Virus record (IMG/VR): IMGVR_UViG_3300045988_129927
Length of the DNA: 64,000 nucleotides
Direction: 5' to 3' (one strand)
From: a virus
In this document: piece by piece, positions 36,287 through 45,814 of the stretch
How positions within the stretch are numbered: the first letter of the stretch is position 1
Layout: every line of letters begins with the position of its first letter
Translations under genes and position numbers: made by a program
Notes under the pieces: model-generated
Database searches by the model: none
Told to the model about the DNA's origin: nothing
What the model saw: the letters and a program-made list of their open reading frames with translations, nothing else

Positions 36287-36344
36287 AATGTATTCCTTTA
36301 TTTAAATAAGTACATTCAGTATAATATTATTCCTAAATTAAAAT

Positions 36345-37856
36345 CTAAACCACACTCTTAAATAGTACACCAAATAAACCTGCGATAAACATATGGTCAT
36401 TTTTAGATAGAGTACTCATGGAGAAATAATCACTATCCTGTGTATTATATAAGTTTTTCAAACCAGTATAGTTTCTAGGATTTGTCTCCTTAATATAAGA
36501 TAAATATCCATTGGTTAGACTACCTGGATTAACTCTGATATTAAACCTACTATAAATCCATTCATTAAATTCTTTAAAAATAGTAGCAAAAAAGAAATCC
36601 TTAACCCACATATTTTCTTTAGTAGTCGGTTGACCATTAAATGCTTCTAGTTTACAAACAATACCAGCATAGTCTCTAAATTCATTTGTATCAATATAAG
36701 ATTTATTTAGATGTTTTGTAAACTGGAGTTGAATATCAGAACCTACAGCTAAACCATTATTAATACCTGCTACATTTTTCATGGTAAATCTTTTACCAGG
36801 TTCTCTATTAGTTTCTTTTAAGAAACGGATAAAAGCAGAACCAATATGTAATTGCAAGATAATAGATTTAAATCCATGATATTTACCATCGTCGCAATAG
36901 AATACACGATAACCAATGATGTCATCTTCACCAACAATAGCAGCACCACGTTTCCAGATATTATTTACCCAAAAACCATCTAAAGTATAATCGTATACAG
37001 ATGTTTTAATAGCAGGGTCTTTAACAAAGTTAACAACCTTAGTCGTAATCGCTGGGATATATTGTTCTTCAATATCGATGTCTTGAATTAAGAAAGGTTT
37101 ATTATTAAATGGTTCAATATTGTTCTTAAGATTAAGCATTTTAATAAAGAACTCTTTTACGGATTCATTACCTGTAAAACGACCATCTAAAGAATAAGCT
37201 CTTTCAATCCTAAAACCACTATTGTCTTGATATTCATTAGAAGGAAAGTGCCAGTTAAATGTCCAACCACCGAAGAATGAACCAATCAATTGATTTTTAG
37301 CTTTAGGAAAGAAGTAACGGGATACGTAGATTTGTGTAGGGATACTGTTAATAGAAACCATTTCTCTAACATTAAACCCATATTGTTTACTTCCGTAGTA
37401 ACAAGGGGAAGCTAGAGAAGGAAATACAGTCATAGAGCGGAAGTCTTCAGATACTTCTACACGAAAAGGAAACCTATCTTCTTGAGAAAACTTAGGATGT
37501 CTATTTATCTTTTCTGCTAACTTTTCATTCATTGCAGTACGATTAGTAAAGTCTACTAATCCTTCTGTTCGCTCATCATGTTCTAATCTAAACGATGTAT
37601 CACCTGGAAAACCAAGAGGAACACGATTATAGTTACTCTCAGCATAAGCATTTTTTTCACGTAAATGTGTAGGTGAGTTTGGTAAGATATGTAAATGTAA
37701 TTCTGTATTATAACTTTTACCATTAATGGTCTTATCACGTGCTAAACAAGAATATCCTTCAATGTCATTCTTAACAGTTTGTGGGATATTAGCTTGTTCT
37801 AAAAGATACATTAGATTATCTGTTTGTGATTTTTCTGGATCGACTAATATAGTCAT
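36345..37856 (-). CDS. hypothetical 503-aa protein, possible distant member of the 39393..48751 paralog family
   Basis: N-terminus DNLMYLLEQANIPQTVKNDIEGYS resembles NINRILEAAGIPEELLDDVTIESV of 47228..48751. The sizes are similar. Confidence 0.6.
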   Translation of the reverse strand: MTILVDPEKSQTDNLMYLLEQANIPQTVKNDIEGYSCLARDKTINGKSYNTELHLHILPNSPTHLREKNAYAESNYNRVPLGFPGDTSFRLEHDERTEGLVDFTNRTAMNEKLAEKINRHPKFSQEDRFPFRVEVSEDFRSMTVFPSLASPCYYGSKQYGFNVREMVSINSIPTQIYVSRYFFPKAKNQLIGSFFGGWTFNWHFPSNEYQDNSGFRIERAYSLDGRFTGNESVKEFFIKMLNLKNNIEPFNNKPFLIQDIDIEEQYIPAITTKVVNFVKDPAIKTSVYDYTLDGFWVNNIWKRGAAIVGEDDIIGYRVFYCDDGKYHGFKSIILQLHIGSAFIRFLKETNREPGKRFTMKNVAGINNGLAVGSDIQLQFTKHLNKSYIDTNEFRDYAGIVCKLEAFNGQPTTKENMWVKDFFFATIFKEFNEWIYSRFNIRVNPGSLTNGYLSYIKETNPRNYTGLKNLYNTQDSDYFSMSTLSKNDHMFIAGLFGVLFKSVV

Positions 37857-37879
37857 TAAAATACTCCTTTTAAATCAAA

Positions 37880-37908
37880 AAAAAAGAGAAGTAATCCTTC
37901 TCTTTTTT
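37880..37908 (-). terminator. intrinsic terminator after 37917..38105
   Basis: Stem AAAAAGAGAAG/CTTCTCTTTTT, loop TAATC. A/T runs on both sides. Confidence 0.7.
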
Positions 37909-37916
37909 GTATTGTA

Positions 37917-38105
37917 TTAGTTGCACTCTTCCGATGAAGGTGCTTTCATACAATAATCAGCAAGGTCTTCAATTTGACGCATCTTAGCGTCAGCTTTAGC
38001 CTCAGCTGTTTGACGTGCACCCATAGTGACATCGCTGTCACTAGGGGATACTACGTATACAGTCAACGCAGCAATAGCTGCTACCAAGATATAACGGATT
38101 TTCAT
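37917..38105 (-). CDS. small secreted protein
   Basis: 62 aa, signal-like MKIRYILVAAIAALTVYVVSP. GC-rich relative to its surroundings (30 G+C in 37981..38040). Confidence 0.55.
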   Translation of the reverse strand: MKIRYILVAAIAALTVYVVSPSDSDVTMGARQTAEAKADAKMRQIEDLADYCMKAPSSEECN

Positions 38106-38118
38106 GATTCTTCCTTTC

Positions 38119-38358
38119 TTAAAATTTAGTGGCTGCTAAGATTTTGATTTCTGTCTCTACAAAATGTAGGTCAATACCTATATCTGTGTATTGTTTGTAG
38201 AGGTCGAGAGTGAACTCTCGATCCATCAAATTCTTAGCCATTGATTCCAACTTAGCAGCGGCTGCTTTTCGTTCAGCCATTTGTTGCTCCCAATAGGTAT
38301 CAAACTCTGCTAGTTTTTCCTGCAGTTCGGTTCGGGTTTGTTCATAAGTTTTTTCCAT
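38119..38358 (-). CDS. small helical hypothetical protein
   Basis: 79 aa; strong AAGGAGA RBS. Part of the GC-rich islet. Confidence 0.6.
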   Translation of the reverse strand: MEKTYEQTRTELQEKLAEFDTYWEQQMAERKAAAAKLESMAKNLMDREFTLDLYKQYTDIGIDLHFVETEIKILAATKF

Positions 38359-38482
38359 AGTAGTCTCCTTAAGTTGTTGGAATTGTTTTGTGTAGATAGA
38401 TTAGTAAGAATCTATTACGGTGCATTGAGGAACATAGCTGCACTAGGCTACTTAACCGTTACTTACTTAACGTTTGTTTCCA

Positions 38483-38827
38483 TCACTTAACAGTGTAGAT
38501 ACTGAAGCTAAATGTGGCTTCAGCGATTTCGCTGTCAGTGTATTCGTGACGGTCAGTGAGTCGTGGTAAACCACGTACACCCATTACGATTACACTATCA
38601 CCACTGTTAACCACAACACGTGGTGGTGTTGTTGGGATTTCAACATGAATGGAGAATTTCTTCTCCATTGCACTGATGGTAGCTACGTGTGATGGGTTCA
38701 GGCATGGAGTGACACCACGATTGATGAGTTCTTTCACTTCATCGATTGTCAAGGTTTTGCGAGTAATCTCGCAGTCACCATTAAACATGCTATCAGCTAA
38801 AGCAAATCCGAAAAATGTTGTAGACAT
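38483..38827 (-). CDS. DUF1874-family protein (AcrIII-1-type viral ring-nuclease fold candidate)
   Basis: 114 aa. FGFALADSMF.., LNPSHVATISAM.., PPRVVVNSGDSVIVMGVRGLPRLTD..SEI..FSFSIY is colinear with the family pattern recalled from memory (ANAFSINML / SIGHxxT / NRVEIxLxxxDxLxVxQxxxRLEEG / FFEI). 31 G+C in 38521..38580 versus 15 in a typical 60-nt stretch. Confidence 0.55.
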   Translation of the reverse strand: MSTTFFGFALADSMFNGDCEITRKTLTIDEVKELINRGVTPCLNPSHVATISAMEKKFSIHVEIPTTPPRVVVNSGDSVIVMGVRGLPRLTDRHEYTDSEIAEATFSFSIYTVK

Positions 38828-38893
38828 AATCTTTCCTTTCTATAAATGTAAAATAAGTTAACGAGAAGAAATAATTTTCTTCTCTTTTCACCT

Positions 38894-38912
38894 TGATAGT
38901 ATGTATTTGAAA
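38894..38912 (-). promoter_or_regulatory. promoter-like motif instance (upstream of DUF1874 gene)
   Basis: Plus strand reads TGATAGTATGTATTTGAAA, followed (minus sense) by the 9-bp hairpin 38863..38884. Confidence 0.4.
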
Positions 38913-38933
38913 AAATCTAAAATACAAAATACA

Positions 38934-39251
38934 TTAGATATTTTCAATAGCCAATTCGATATCTGCAATCTGTTTTCTAACAATAGCTAATTGTTTAAAT
39001 AACTTAACACGCAATTGAGTTAACTCATTAACTTTTGAAGTAAACGATTCATTATCTCCAGATTGTGAACCTCTAAATTGTGAACCTAATGGTACACTAA
39101 ATGGTGGTTTAGTAGCATACAGTACACGCAACTCGTTACTAACTTCCTCATTTGATTTAATGAGTTTAGACTTCACTTCTTGTAAAGAAGCTAAGTCTTC
39201 TTTCAGCATTTTCTTTTGTTGCTCTAAGAATGATTGCATAGTCATTTCCAT
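38934..39251 (-). CDS. small coiled-coil hypothetical protein
   Basis: 105 aa with heptad-like ends. Own promoter-like motif and 5' hairpin. Confidence 0.6.
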   Translation of the reverse strand: MEMTMQSFLEQQKKMLKEDLASLQEVKSKLIKSNEEVSNELRVLYATKPPFSVPLGSQFRGSQSGDNESFTSKVNELTQLRVKLFKQLAIVRKQIADIELAIENI

Positions 39252-39309
39252 TTTAAGATTCCTTTATATAAAATATTAAAAAATAGAGAAGTTCTCTTCT
39301 CTTTCAATT

Positions 39310-39328
39310 TAGTAATATAGACTTGAAA
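39310..39328 (-). promoter_or_regulatory. promoter-like motif instance (upstream of 38934..39251)
   Basis: Plus strand reads TAGTAATATAGACTTGAAA. It lies between terminator 39351..39379 and the 7-bp hairpin 39285..39302. Confidence 0.45.
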
Positions 39329-39350
39329 TAAAATAAAATATAATAAAAAT

Positions 39351-39379
39351 AGAAAGAGTAGGAATTACCTACTCTTTCT
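39351..39379 (-). terminator. hairpin terminator after 39393..40916
   Basis: 12-bp stem AGAAAGAGTAGG/CCTACTCTTTCT, 5-nt loop. Confidence 0.7.
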
Positions 39380-39392
39380 ACTTAATCAATTG

Positions 39393-40916
39393 TTATTCTA
39401 CAATTTCAGTGTAACCAGCTAAAGAAGGTACCAAGTCGATACTGTTTACTTCAGTCTCTTCACTTGGAAGTGCGTCTTCATCAATATTTGGTTGACCATC
39501 AAAACCACTTAAGTCTTTCTCTACTGTAGTTTCCTTAATATCGTATTCTACTACGATAGCAAATTCACCAGTAATAAATGGTTTAGCTTCATCTTTAACA
39601 GTAACTAAAACAGTAGCAGAACTATTGTCGTAAGTGTTACTACCTTGATTAATGCTACCAAATTCTAAATAGCTACCTAACCCTAAAGTGTCTTTAAAGT
39701 AAGTAACCAATTCATTTAGTTTTTCTTCTGCATTTTCTTCACTCTTAACTTCACTGTGTTCAGCAATCAAAGCCAATGTACCACTAGCATTTGCTAGAGC
39801 ACCAGTAGAGAATGAAAATTCAGCATTAACAGAAGCAGGTTTATAATCAATGAATTCTTTAGGATAACTAGAAATATCAGATTGAATCGCATAGAAGTCA
39901 CGACTACCGATTACTTTATTGGTTAAAGTAGCTGGGATTTCCACAGTAGGTAATTTAACCAATTTCAAGTTATTTTCAGTAATCAGTTGACGTTCTTCCT
40001 CAGTAAATGCTTTTTCTAAATCATTAGTATCAGCTAATGTAGCTTGACCAAATAACTCAGTAGCACCTAAACCACTGCTTTCCAGATAAGTCTTACGTGC
40101 ATCAAATGCTTCAGTATAATAACCATTTTCAAAGAAACGATTTTTTACTTGGTCTAAGTTAAACGTCATGTTATAAACAAGTAAGTTTGAAGCACCATTA
40201 TAACTTACATCTTTTAAGAATTTAAAGCGCAATACTTCTACTTTAAATACTTTAGATAAATCAAGCTGACGCATGACTTTAATGTCTGATTTCAAAGAAG
40301 AGAAACCATGTGTTACAGAAGGTACAACATTAATGGTAGAGACTTCACCATATTTTACTGTACCTGTTTCTTCTGGACGATACAAGATTTCTGTACTACC
40401 AGAAGATTCTGGGTCTTGATACAGATTATTTTTACTCAAGAGGCTAGCAACAGCAACATCGAATTTACCAGAGGTAGTAAGTGCTGAAATATCTAGGTTA
40501 TCTTCTGGGATATAAGAAACTTCTGTACCTAGAATACCATGCACTAAGTCTAGTTTAGTATAACGGTGTGTTAACACTACCCATTCTTTGTCAGCAGGTA
40601 CTGATAATGCGCTTACTTCTTCAAAAGAAAGTAAACCATTATTGTATTTACGTACATAAATCTTACCAGTATTGTGTGGGTCTACAGTATTACTTTCTGT
40701 TTTAACGACATTGTGGTCAGTCGTATTAATACGTGCTGCTACGTCTTTTAAAAAAGCAATATGGACAGCAGCATTGTATTTCTCTTCAGAAATTTCAGAG
40801 AGTGTAAAATACACATTCTCTTGATTCAATACTGCATTGGTGTAGCCTGCATCAATCAGCAAACTATTAAAGTTATTTGCTGTAGTAGCATTTAGATTAT
40901 ACTTGATATTAGGCAT
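39393..40916 (-). CDS. member 1 of a tandem paralog family (probable virion/fibre-associated protein)
   Basis: N-terminus NFNSLLIDAGYTNAVLNQENVYFTLSE and C-terminus GEFAIVVEYDIKETTVEKDLSGFDG are shared with 42576..44141. Confidence 0.6.
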   Translation of the reverse strand: MPNIKYNLNATTANNFNSLLIDAGYTNAVLNQENVYFTLSEISEEKYNAAVHIAFLKDVAARINTTDHNVVKTESNTVDPHNTGKIYVRKYNNGLLSFEEVSALSVPADKEWVVLTHRYTKLDLVHGILGTEVSYIPEDNLDISALTTSGKFDVAVASLLSKNNLYQDPESSGSTEILYRPEETGTVKYGEVSTINVVPSVTHGFSSLKSDIKVMRQLDLSKVFKVEVLRFKFLKDVSYNGASNLLVYNMTFNLDQVKNRFFENGYYTEAFDARKTYLESSGLGATELFGQATLADTNDLEKAFTEEERQLITENNLKLVKLPTVEIPATLTNKVIGSRDFYAIQSDISSYPKEFIDYKPASVNAEFSFSTGALANASGTLALIAEHSEVKSEENAEEKLNELVTYFKDTLGLGSYLEFGSINQGSNTYDNSSATVLVTVKDEAKPFITGEFAIVVEYDIKETTVEKDLSGFDGQPNIDEDALPSEETEVNSIDLVPSLAGYTEIVE

Positions 40917-40935
40917 TATTTATTCTCCTTATCCA

Positions 40936-42489
40936 TTAAACTTCTTTAGGAGTAACTTGAGCACGAATGTAGAATTTGTTTACTACATAATCCTCTAAAC
41001 CTGGTTTAGGAGTTACAACCAATACATATTCATTTTCAGAAGTGTGTTCATCACTCTTAGCTACAGCTGTGTAACCATCAATATAAAGAGTTCTAAACAT
41101 AGTGTAAATGTCTTCAGCTGCTTTTTTAGCTTTTTCAATAGTATCGATAGATTCGTGTGTAATGTTAAAACCACGAGTGTTTTCTTCAGGTACTTCGTAT
41201 ACAGTAATGGTTTGGTTATTGTATACGTCTTTACTAAATGTAGAGAAGTCTACACCAGCAAGACGAGATGCTATAGCAGTATTCCATGGATTGTAACCAA
41301 ATCGATCACCAGTTTCTACTAAGCAATCATCTTTATATTCATTTGGGAATTCAGCCAAGTTAGCGGTAGCAATCCAAACAGTACCTTTGTTAATAAAGTA
41401 ATCGACTTCTTCTTTAGTTTTAATCGTAACCACTTTACCAGGGATAGGTTTAGCATAAGCCGAACTATTACGATTACGTTTAACTACGCCGTCTTTATAG
41501 AATGCAGGTAATTCTAACAAATCAGGTACTTCAGTTACTTCAGAAGTATCTAAATTAGCACGTTTAATAAACTCACCTTGACCACGAATATCACCAGTAT
41601 AAGTAAATGCCAAGACAACATCCATCACGTTATTACCAGTAGGTGTTACACGAATACGGTTACCAATAAGAGGTCTAAATTCAATATCATTATTACCTAC
41701 TTTACGATAAGTACGGTTACGTATAAACCAGAAATGATAAGCTTTAAGGTCAGTCTTAGGAATCTTAGCTAAGTCACCAATAACTTTAACAGTAATGTCT
41801 TGTGGACGAACAATTAATTCGTTATCGTTTTTAGGAGTCAAACGAATGGTGTTGTTACCATATTTAAATGGGCCAGCAACACCAAAGTCTTCTAAGTAAT
41901 ATTGTTTCAAACGGTCAGAATCTTTAGAAAATAAAGTATTCAGTGTAGCAACAGGATTAACATTAAATGATAATACATTATTGTTCTCTACTTCAGAAAC
42001 ATTAATGGCATAATCTTTACTCTCTGTTTCTGCTACATGGTTAACCAAGGATACACGACGATATTGGTGTTTGTAAATAGAGAACTTATGGGTATGGTCA
42101 GCAGGATAGAATTTCACACGTTGGTATTCTACACCAGCGGCAGATTTAACACGTTTATAAGTATAAACATAACGCTTTTCTGTTTCAGCTTCAGTCAATA
42201 CTTCTAGGTTACCACCATCACCGATAACAGATTCTGGGAATGGATAAATAGAGGTATCAAATGGTACATCACCATGATTGATTTCTACACCATAAGGATT
42301 ATTCAGGGCAACAAACAATACTGTATTGTTATCACCTTCGAAGACAGGTTTTTTCTTTTCATTGAAATAAGGAGTGACGTATAAATCAAATTTATTTAAA
42401 GCGTCTTCTTTATAGCCACCAGATTTCAATAGTCTTTCAAAATTTTCAGTCACGCTTTTACTTAAGCGGTAAGACAATTTTTTACTCAT
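40936..42489 (-). CDS. member 2 of a tandem paralog family (divergent)
   Basis: N-terminus NFERLLKSGGYKEDALNKFDLYVTPY. It lacks the C-terminal KDLxGF motif. Confidence 0.6.
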   Translation of the reverse strand: MSKKLSYRLSKSVTENFERLLKSGGYKEDALNKFDLYVTPYFNEKKKPVFEGDNNTVLFVALNNPYGVEINHGDVPFDTSIYPFPESVIGDGGNLEVLTEAETEKRYVYTYKRVKSAAGVEYQRVKFYPADHTHKFSIYKHQYRRVSLVNHVAETESKDYAINVSEVENNNVLSFNVNPVATLNTLFSKDSDRLKQYYLEDFGVAGPFKYGNNTIRLTPKNDNELIVRPQDITVKVIGDLAKIPKTDLKAYHFWFIRNRTYRKVGNNDIEFRPLIGNRIRVTPTGNNVMDVVLAFTYTGDIRGQGEFIKRANLDTSEVTEVPDLLELPAFYKDGVVKRNRNSSAYAKPIPGKVVTIKTKEEVDYFINKGTVWIATANLAEFPNEYKDDCLVETGDRFGYNPWNTAIASRLAGVDFSTFSKDVYNNQTITVYEVPEENTRGFNITHESIDTIEKAKKAAEDIYTMFRTLYIDGYTAVAKSDEHTSENEYVLVVTPKPGLEDYVVNKFYIRAQVTPKEV

Positions 42490-42515
42490 CTCTATCCTTT
42501 CATTCTTTATAAAAA

Positions 42516-42547
42516 ACAGGTACTGTACGAATGAATACAGTACCTGT
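42516..42547 (-). terminator. hairpin terminator after 42576..44141
   Basis: 12-bp stem ACAGGTACTGTA/TACAGTACCTGT, 8-nt loop. Confidence 0.7.
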
Positions 42548-42575
42548 ATATCTCTTAATTAGAGGCTAGAATACA

Positions 42576-44141
42576 TTATACTTCATCGACACCGCGACGT
42601 TCGTGCTCGTATCCTTCATAACCATTGAGGTCTTTCTCTACAGTAATATCAGTAGGAACAGGATATTCGATTACCAGAGCAAATTCACCAGTAAAGATAG
42701 GTTCAAATTCAGGTTTAACACGTACTACACGAGTGAAAGAAGAAGTATCGTATACGTATTGGTCAGATTCTACTTCTTTAGTAGCTGACAAGTCAGTCAA
42801 ATCTAAAGGTTTCAAATTCAATTGACCCAACAGAGTACCGAATACTTGTTGCATTTTAACTTTAGCTTCATCGATAGATTTCACTTCAGGTGCATCCAGA
42901 ATCAAGGCTTTAACACCATTGGTCAGTACACCTTGGGTGAAAGTCAAACCACTTAACAAGTTAGCAGTTTGTTCAGTTACACCTGCTTGAGTCAAGTTGT
43001 CTTTATTGTCGATGAATTCTTTAGGGTATTCACCAATGTCTACTTGTTCTACGAAGACATTGAATTTACCTTTGAATTTCTCTTGCAATTCTACAGCTAA
43101 TTCTTTACCTTTGTATTGCAATACTTTTACTTTTTCGTCAGTTAAAGTTTGAATAGATTCATCGGTAAAGTATTTTTCCAATACTTCATCATCAGCAACT
43201 ACAGGGTTAACTTCCAATAAAGTAGCAGCATCCAGTAAGTTATCTTTCAAGAACTGACCACGTTTTTCTTGGAATGCACGTTCAACGGCTTTACCCAAGA
43301 TGTAGTCTTTACTGAAGTTCTCACCACCAATAGACAAGTTTTCAGTAACAATAGTGTTACCTTTTACTTTCAACTCTTTATTGTCTTTAACACTCAGAGA
43401 ACGGTGTTTACCTTTAATGAATTTAGGACGCAACAATACAGCTTGAGATTGAGCACCCAAGTCCAATACCAGTTTGGTTTTAACTTTAGAACCCAAAGAA
43501 GAAACTTTATGGTAAGCAGTAGGAGTCAATTCGGTAGTACTAGATACACCGTATTCTAAATCACCATCGCTATTGAATTGATAGTACTCACGTGGAGAAC
43601 CATTTACATCATCAGCATGGAGTTTCCATTTAGCCAAGAAACCATCAATGTTTGCTTTTTTAGACAGAGTAGAAACACCGCCTACACGCAATACTTCTTC
43701 AGTATCAGAAACATCAATAGTGTGCTCTTCCTTACCAGTTACTGCTTTCAATAAGTCTAAACGATTGTAGCGGTGGGTAACGATAACATAATCGCCACCA
43801 GTCAATTCATCAGCAGTGAATTGTTTTTCTTCAAAGTAAACAGAACCATCATTAGCTACTTTACGGGCAATGACTTTATTGTCGGTTACTTTTTCAGCAT
43901 TGAATGGAGTAGTAGAAGCAGTGTGTACGACTTCGTTAGTAGTGAAGTCAATTTTATCTGCTACAGATTTACGCAGAATTACATCTACAGAACTGTTAAA
44001 CTCAGCATCACCTGGAGTTTCAGATACTGTAAAATAAACGTTTTCTTGATTTAAGATGGCTTTAGTGTAGCCAGCGTCAATCAAAAGATTTTCAAAGTTA
44101 ACACCGGATTTTACACCGATAGTATATTTAATATTTGCCAT
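42576..44141 (-). CDS. member 3 of a tandem paralog family (GC-rich codons, probably the abundant member)
   Basis: NFENLLIDAGYTKAILNQENVYFTVSE; C-terminus GEFALVIEYPVPTDITVEKDLNGYEG. 24 G+C in 42601..42660. Confidence 0.65.
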   Translation of the reverse strand: MANIKYTIGVKSGVNFENLLIDAGYTKAILNQENVYFTVSETPGDAEFNSSVDVILRKSVADKIDFTTNEVVHTASTTPFNAEKVTDNKVIARKVANDGSVYFEEKQFTADELTGGDYVIVTHRYNRLDLLKAVTGKEEHTIDVSDTEEVLRVGGVSTLSKKANIDGFLAKWKLHADDVNGSPREYYQFNSDGDLEYGVSSTTELTPTAYHKVSSLGSKVKTKLVLDLGAQSQAVLLRPKFIKGKHRSLSVKDNKELKVKGNTIVTENLSIGGENFSKDYILGKAVERAFQEKRGQFLKDNLLDAATLLEVNPVVADDEVLEKYFTDESIQTLTDEKVKVLQYKGKELAVELQEKFKGKFNVFVEQVDIGEYPKEFIDNKDNLTQAGVTEQTANLLSGLTFTQGVLTNGVKALILDAPEVKSIDEAKVKMQQVFGTLLGQLNLKPLDLTDLSATKEVESDQYVYDTSSFTRVVRVKPEFEPIFTGEFALVIEYPVPTDITVEKDLNGYEGYEHERRGVDEV

Positions 44142-44163
44142 TATACTTTCCTTTTAGTATGGT

Positions 44164-45771
44164 TTATTCTTCGATACCAGTGAATCCGCTTAATTCTTTA
44201 TTTAAGACAGATTCATCATTGTATTCAACAGTAATATTGAATACACCTTCTAACAATGTATCAGTATTTTCAACAGGAACATACTGTTTAGTGAGAGAAG
44301 AAACATCGTAAGTATTGGTTGTTTCTCTTTCTTCCAAATAGAAAGAGACGTTATATTCAGCGTGTAATACATTCATTAAGTCTTGTAATACTTGGCTGGT
44401 ATTTTCTTTGGTAATTAATTCACCTTTAACCAAAAGTGTTTTACTACCGTCATTTAGATTACCCAATGAGAATTTCAATTGAGCAAATTTTTCTTTATAT
44501 GTTTCATCTCTATCAGTCAGTGTAGACTGAATAGTACTGGCTAGTGTACTTAATTCTACAGTAGCTAATTCATCAGCTAATTCACCAAGATTACGGGAAA
44601 TATTTCTTACTGTTAATCTACCTGAGAATAAATCGTAGAAGTTTTCTTTAATCTTAGCTAATTCTTCACCTTCTAGATATACACTGTATTCTTTATGGTT
44701 TGTGGTACCTTCTAAAACAAGACCTTTAAAACCATAAGTGTATATATCGTATCCCAGTTTTGTTTTAGGGGTTACTTCGTCGGTGATATTAACCAATAAT
44801 TCTTGAAAGAAGAAGTCTTTACGTTTACCAGAGTAGTAAGTTTTAATGACGTCTCTAAATAAACCTTTATTGGATAATCTGGATTTAGGTTTATGGAATA
44901 CTACAACAGGATTCTGTGTAACTGAACCAGATTCCAATTCAACAGATACTTCTGTTTTAACAAATTCTTTCAAAGAAGATTGATTAAAGTCTTTTACAAA
45001 CTTAATTGCGTTGTATTGTAAAACATTATCAACTAAGTTCAAGTCCATAGCAGCATGGATATGCAATGATTCAGGTAACGCAAAGAAGCGATGAACGCCT
45101 TTTGGTGTAATCTGAATCTCGCTACCACCTAGTACTGGTGTAAAAGCTTCGTAGGAATAATACTTATCTAAGTTAGTAGCAGGGTCAGTTTGTTGTTCTG
45201 CTTCTTTATCAGGAAATACCAAATGTGTATCATTCTCGTATGTTACCTGACCTTCTTGAACAACCTGTACTTCTCGTACATAACCGTAAATAGTAGGTGT
45301 ATTTGGTTTACGGTTAGCTACCTTTCTAGCTACTTCAATTAATTTTTGACGAGTAAATTCGTGCTCAATAATAGTAAACTCTTTAACGATGTCTTCTTTA
45401 GAAAACTTAAATGGAACATAATCCACGCTGTCGCCAGAATTTACACGTTTGTATACATCGTATACTTGTTTAAATGTGGCATTATCCAAATGCGATTGAA
45501 ATTCAGCGACATCAATGTATTTAGCACCATTAGGTAGAGGTACATCGTTACTATATGTTTTTACTTTAGACTTATCAATCTTAGAAGCAACGTCTTTGGA
45601 AAAAGCAATAAAGAGTTTAGCATTATTGCCTTCCAAAGTATTGTCTTCTAATAACTGAATATAAACATCATCTTCATTCAGGATTTTTTTAGTATATCCT
45701 GCATTCAGTAAAAGTGCTTCGATGTTTATACCAGCAGACTGATGTACATTATACGGAGTCTTATTAGACAT
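44164..45771 (-). CDS. member 4 of a tandem paralog family
   Basis: NIEALLLNAGYTKKILNEDDVYIQLLE; C-terminus GVFNITVEYNDESVLNKELSGFTG. Confidence 0.6.
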   Translation of the reverse strand: MSNKTPYNVHQSAGINIEALLLNAGYTKKILNEDDVYIQLLEDNTLEGNNAKLFIAFSKDVASKIDKSKVKTYSNDVPLPNGAKYIDVAEFQSHLDNATFKQVYDVYKRVNSGDSVDYVPFKFSKEDIVKEFTIIEHEFTRQKLIEVARKVANRKPNTPTIYGYVREVQVVQEGQVTYENDTHLVFPDKEAEQQTDPATNLDKYYSYEAFTPVLGGSEIQITPKGVHRFFALPESLHIHAAMDLNLVDNVLQYNAIKFVKDFNQSSLKEFVKTEVSVELESGSVTQNPVVVFHKPKSRLSNKGLFRDVIKTYYSGKRKDFFFQELLVNITDEVTPKTKLGYDIYTYGFKGLVLEGTTNHKEYSVYLEGEELAKIKENFYDLFSGRLTVRNISRNLGELADELATVELSTLASTIQSTLTDRDETYKEKFAQLKFSLGNLNDGSKTLLVKGELITKENTSQVLQDLMNVLHAEYNVSFYLEERETTNTYDVSSLTKQYVPVENTDTLLEGVFNITVEYNDESVLNKELSGFTGIEE

Positions 45772-45814
45772 TTTTACATCCTTGTTTGTTTTTTATAACT
45801 AAAAACTACTTATA

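Noticed and set aside
38449-38460. Shared 12-mer AACCGTTACTTA (38449 and 20875) and shared 10-mer CTGCACTAGG (38438 and 62771).
   Set aside because: Exact 10-12-mers are expected to recur by chance many times in 64 kb of AT-biased sequence. There is no flanking similarity.
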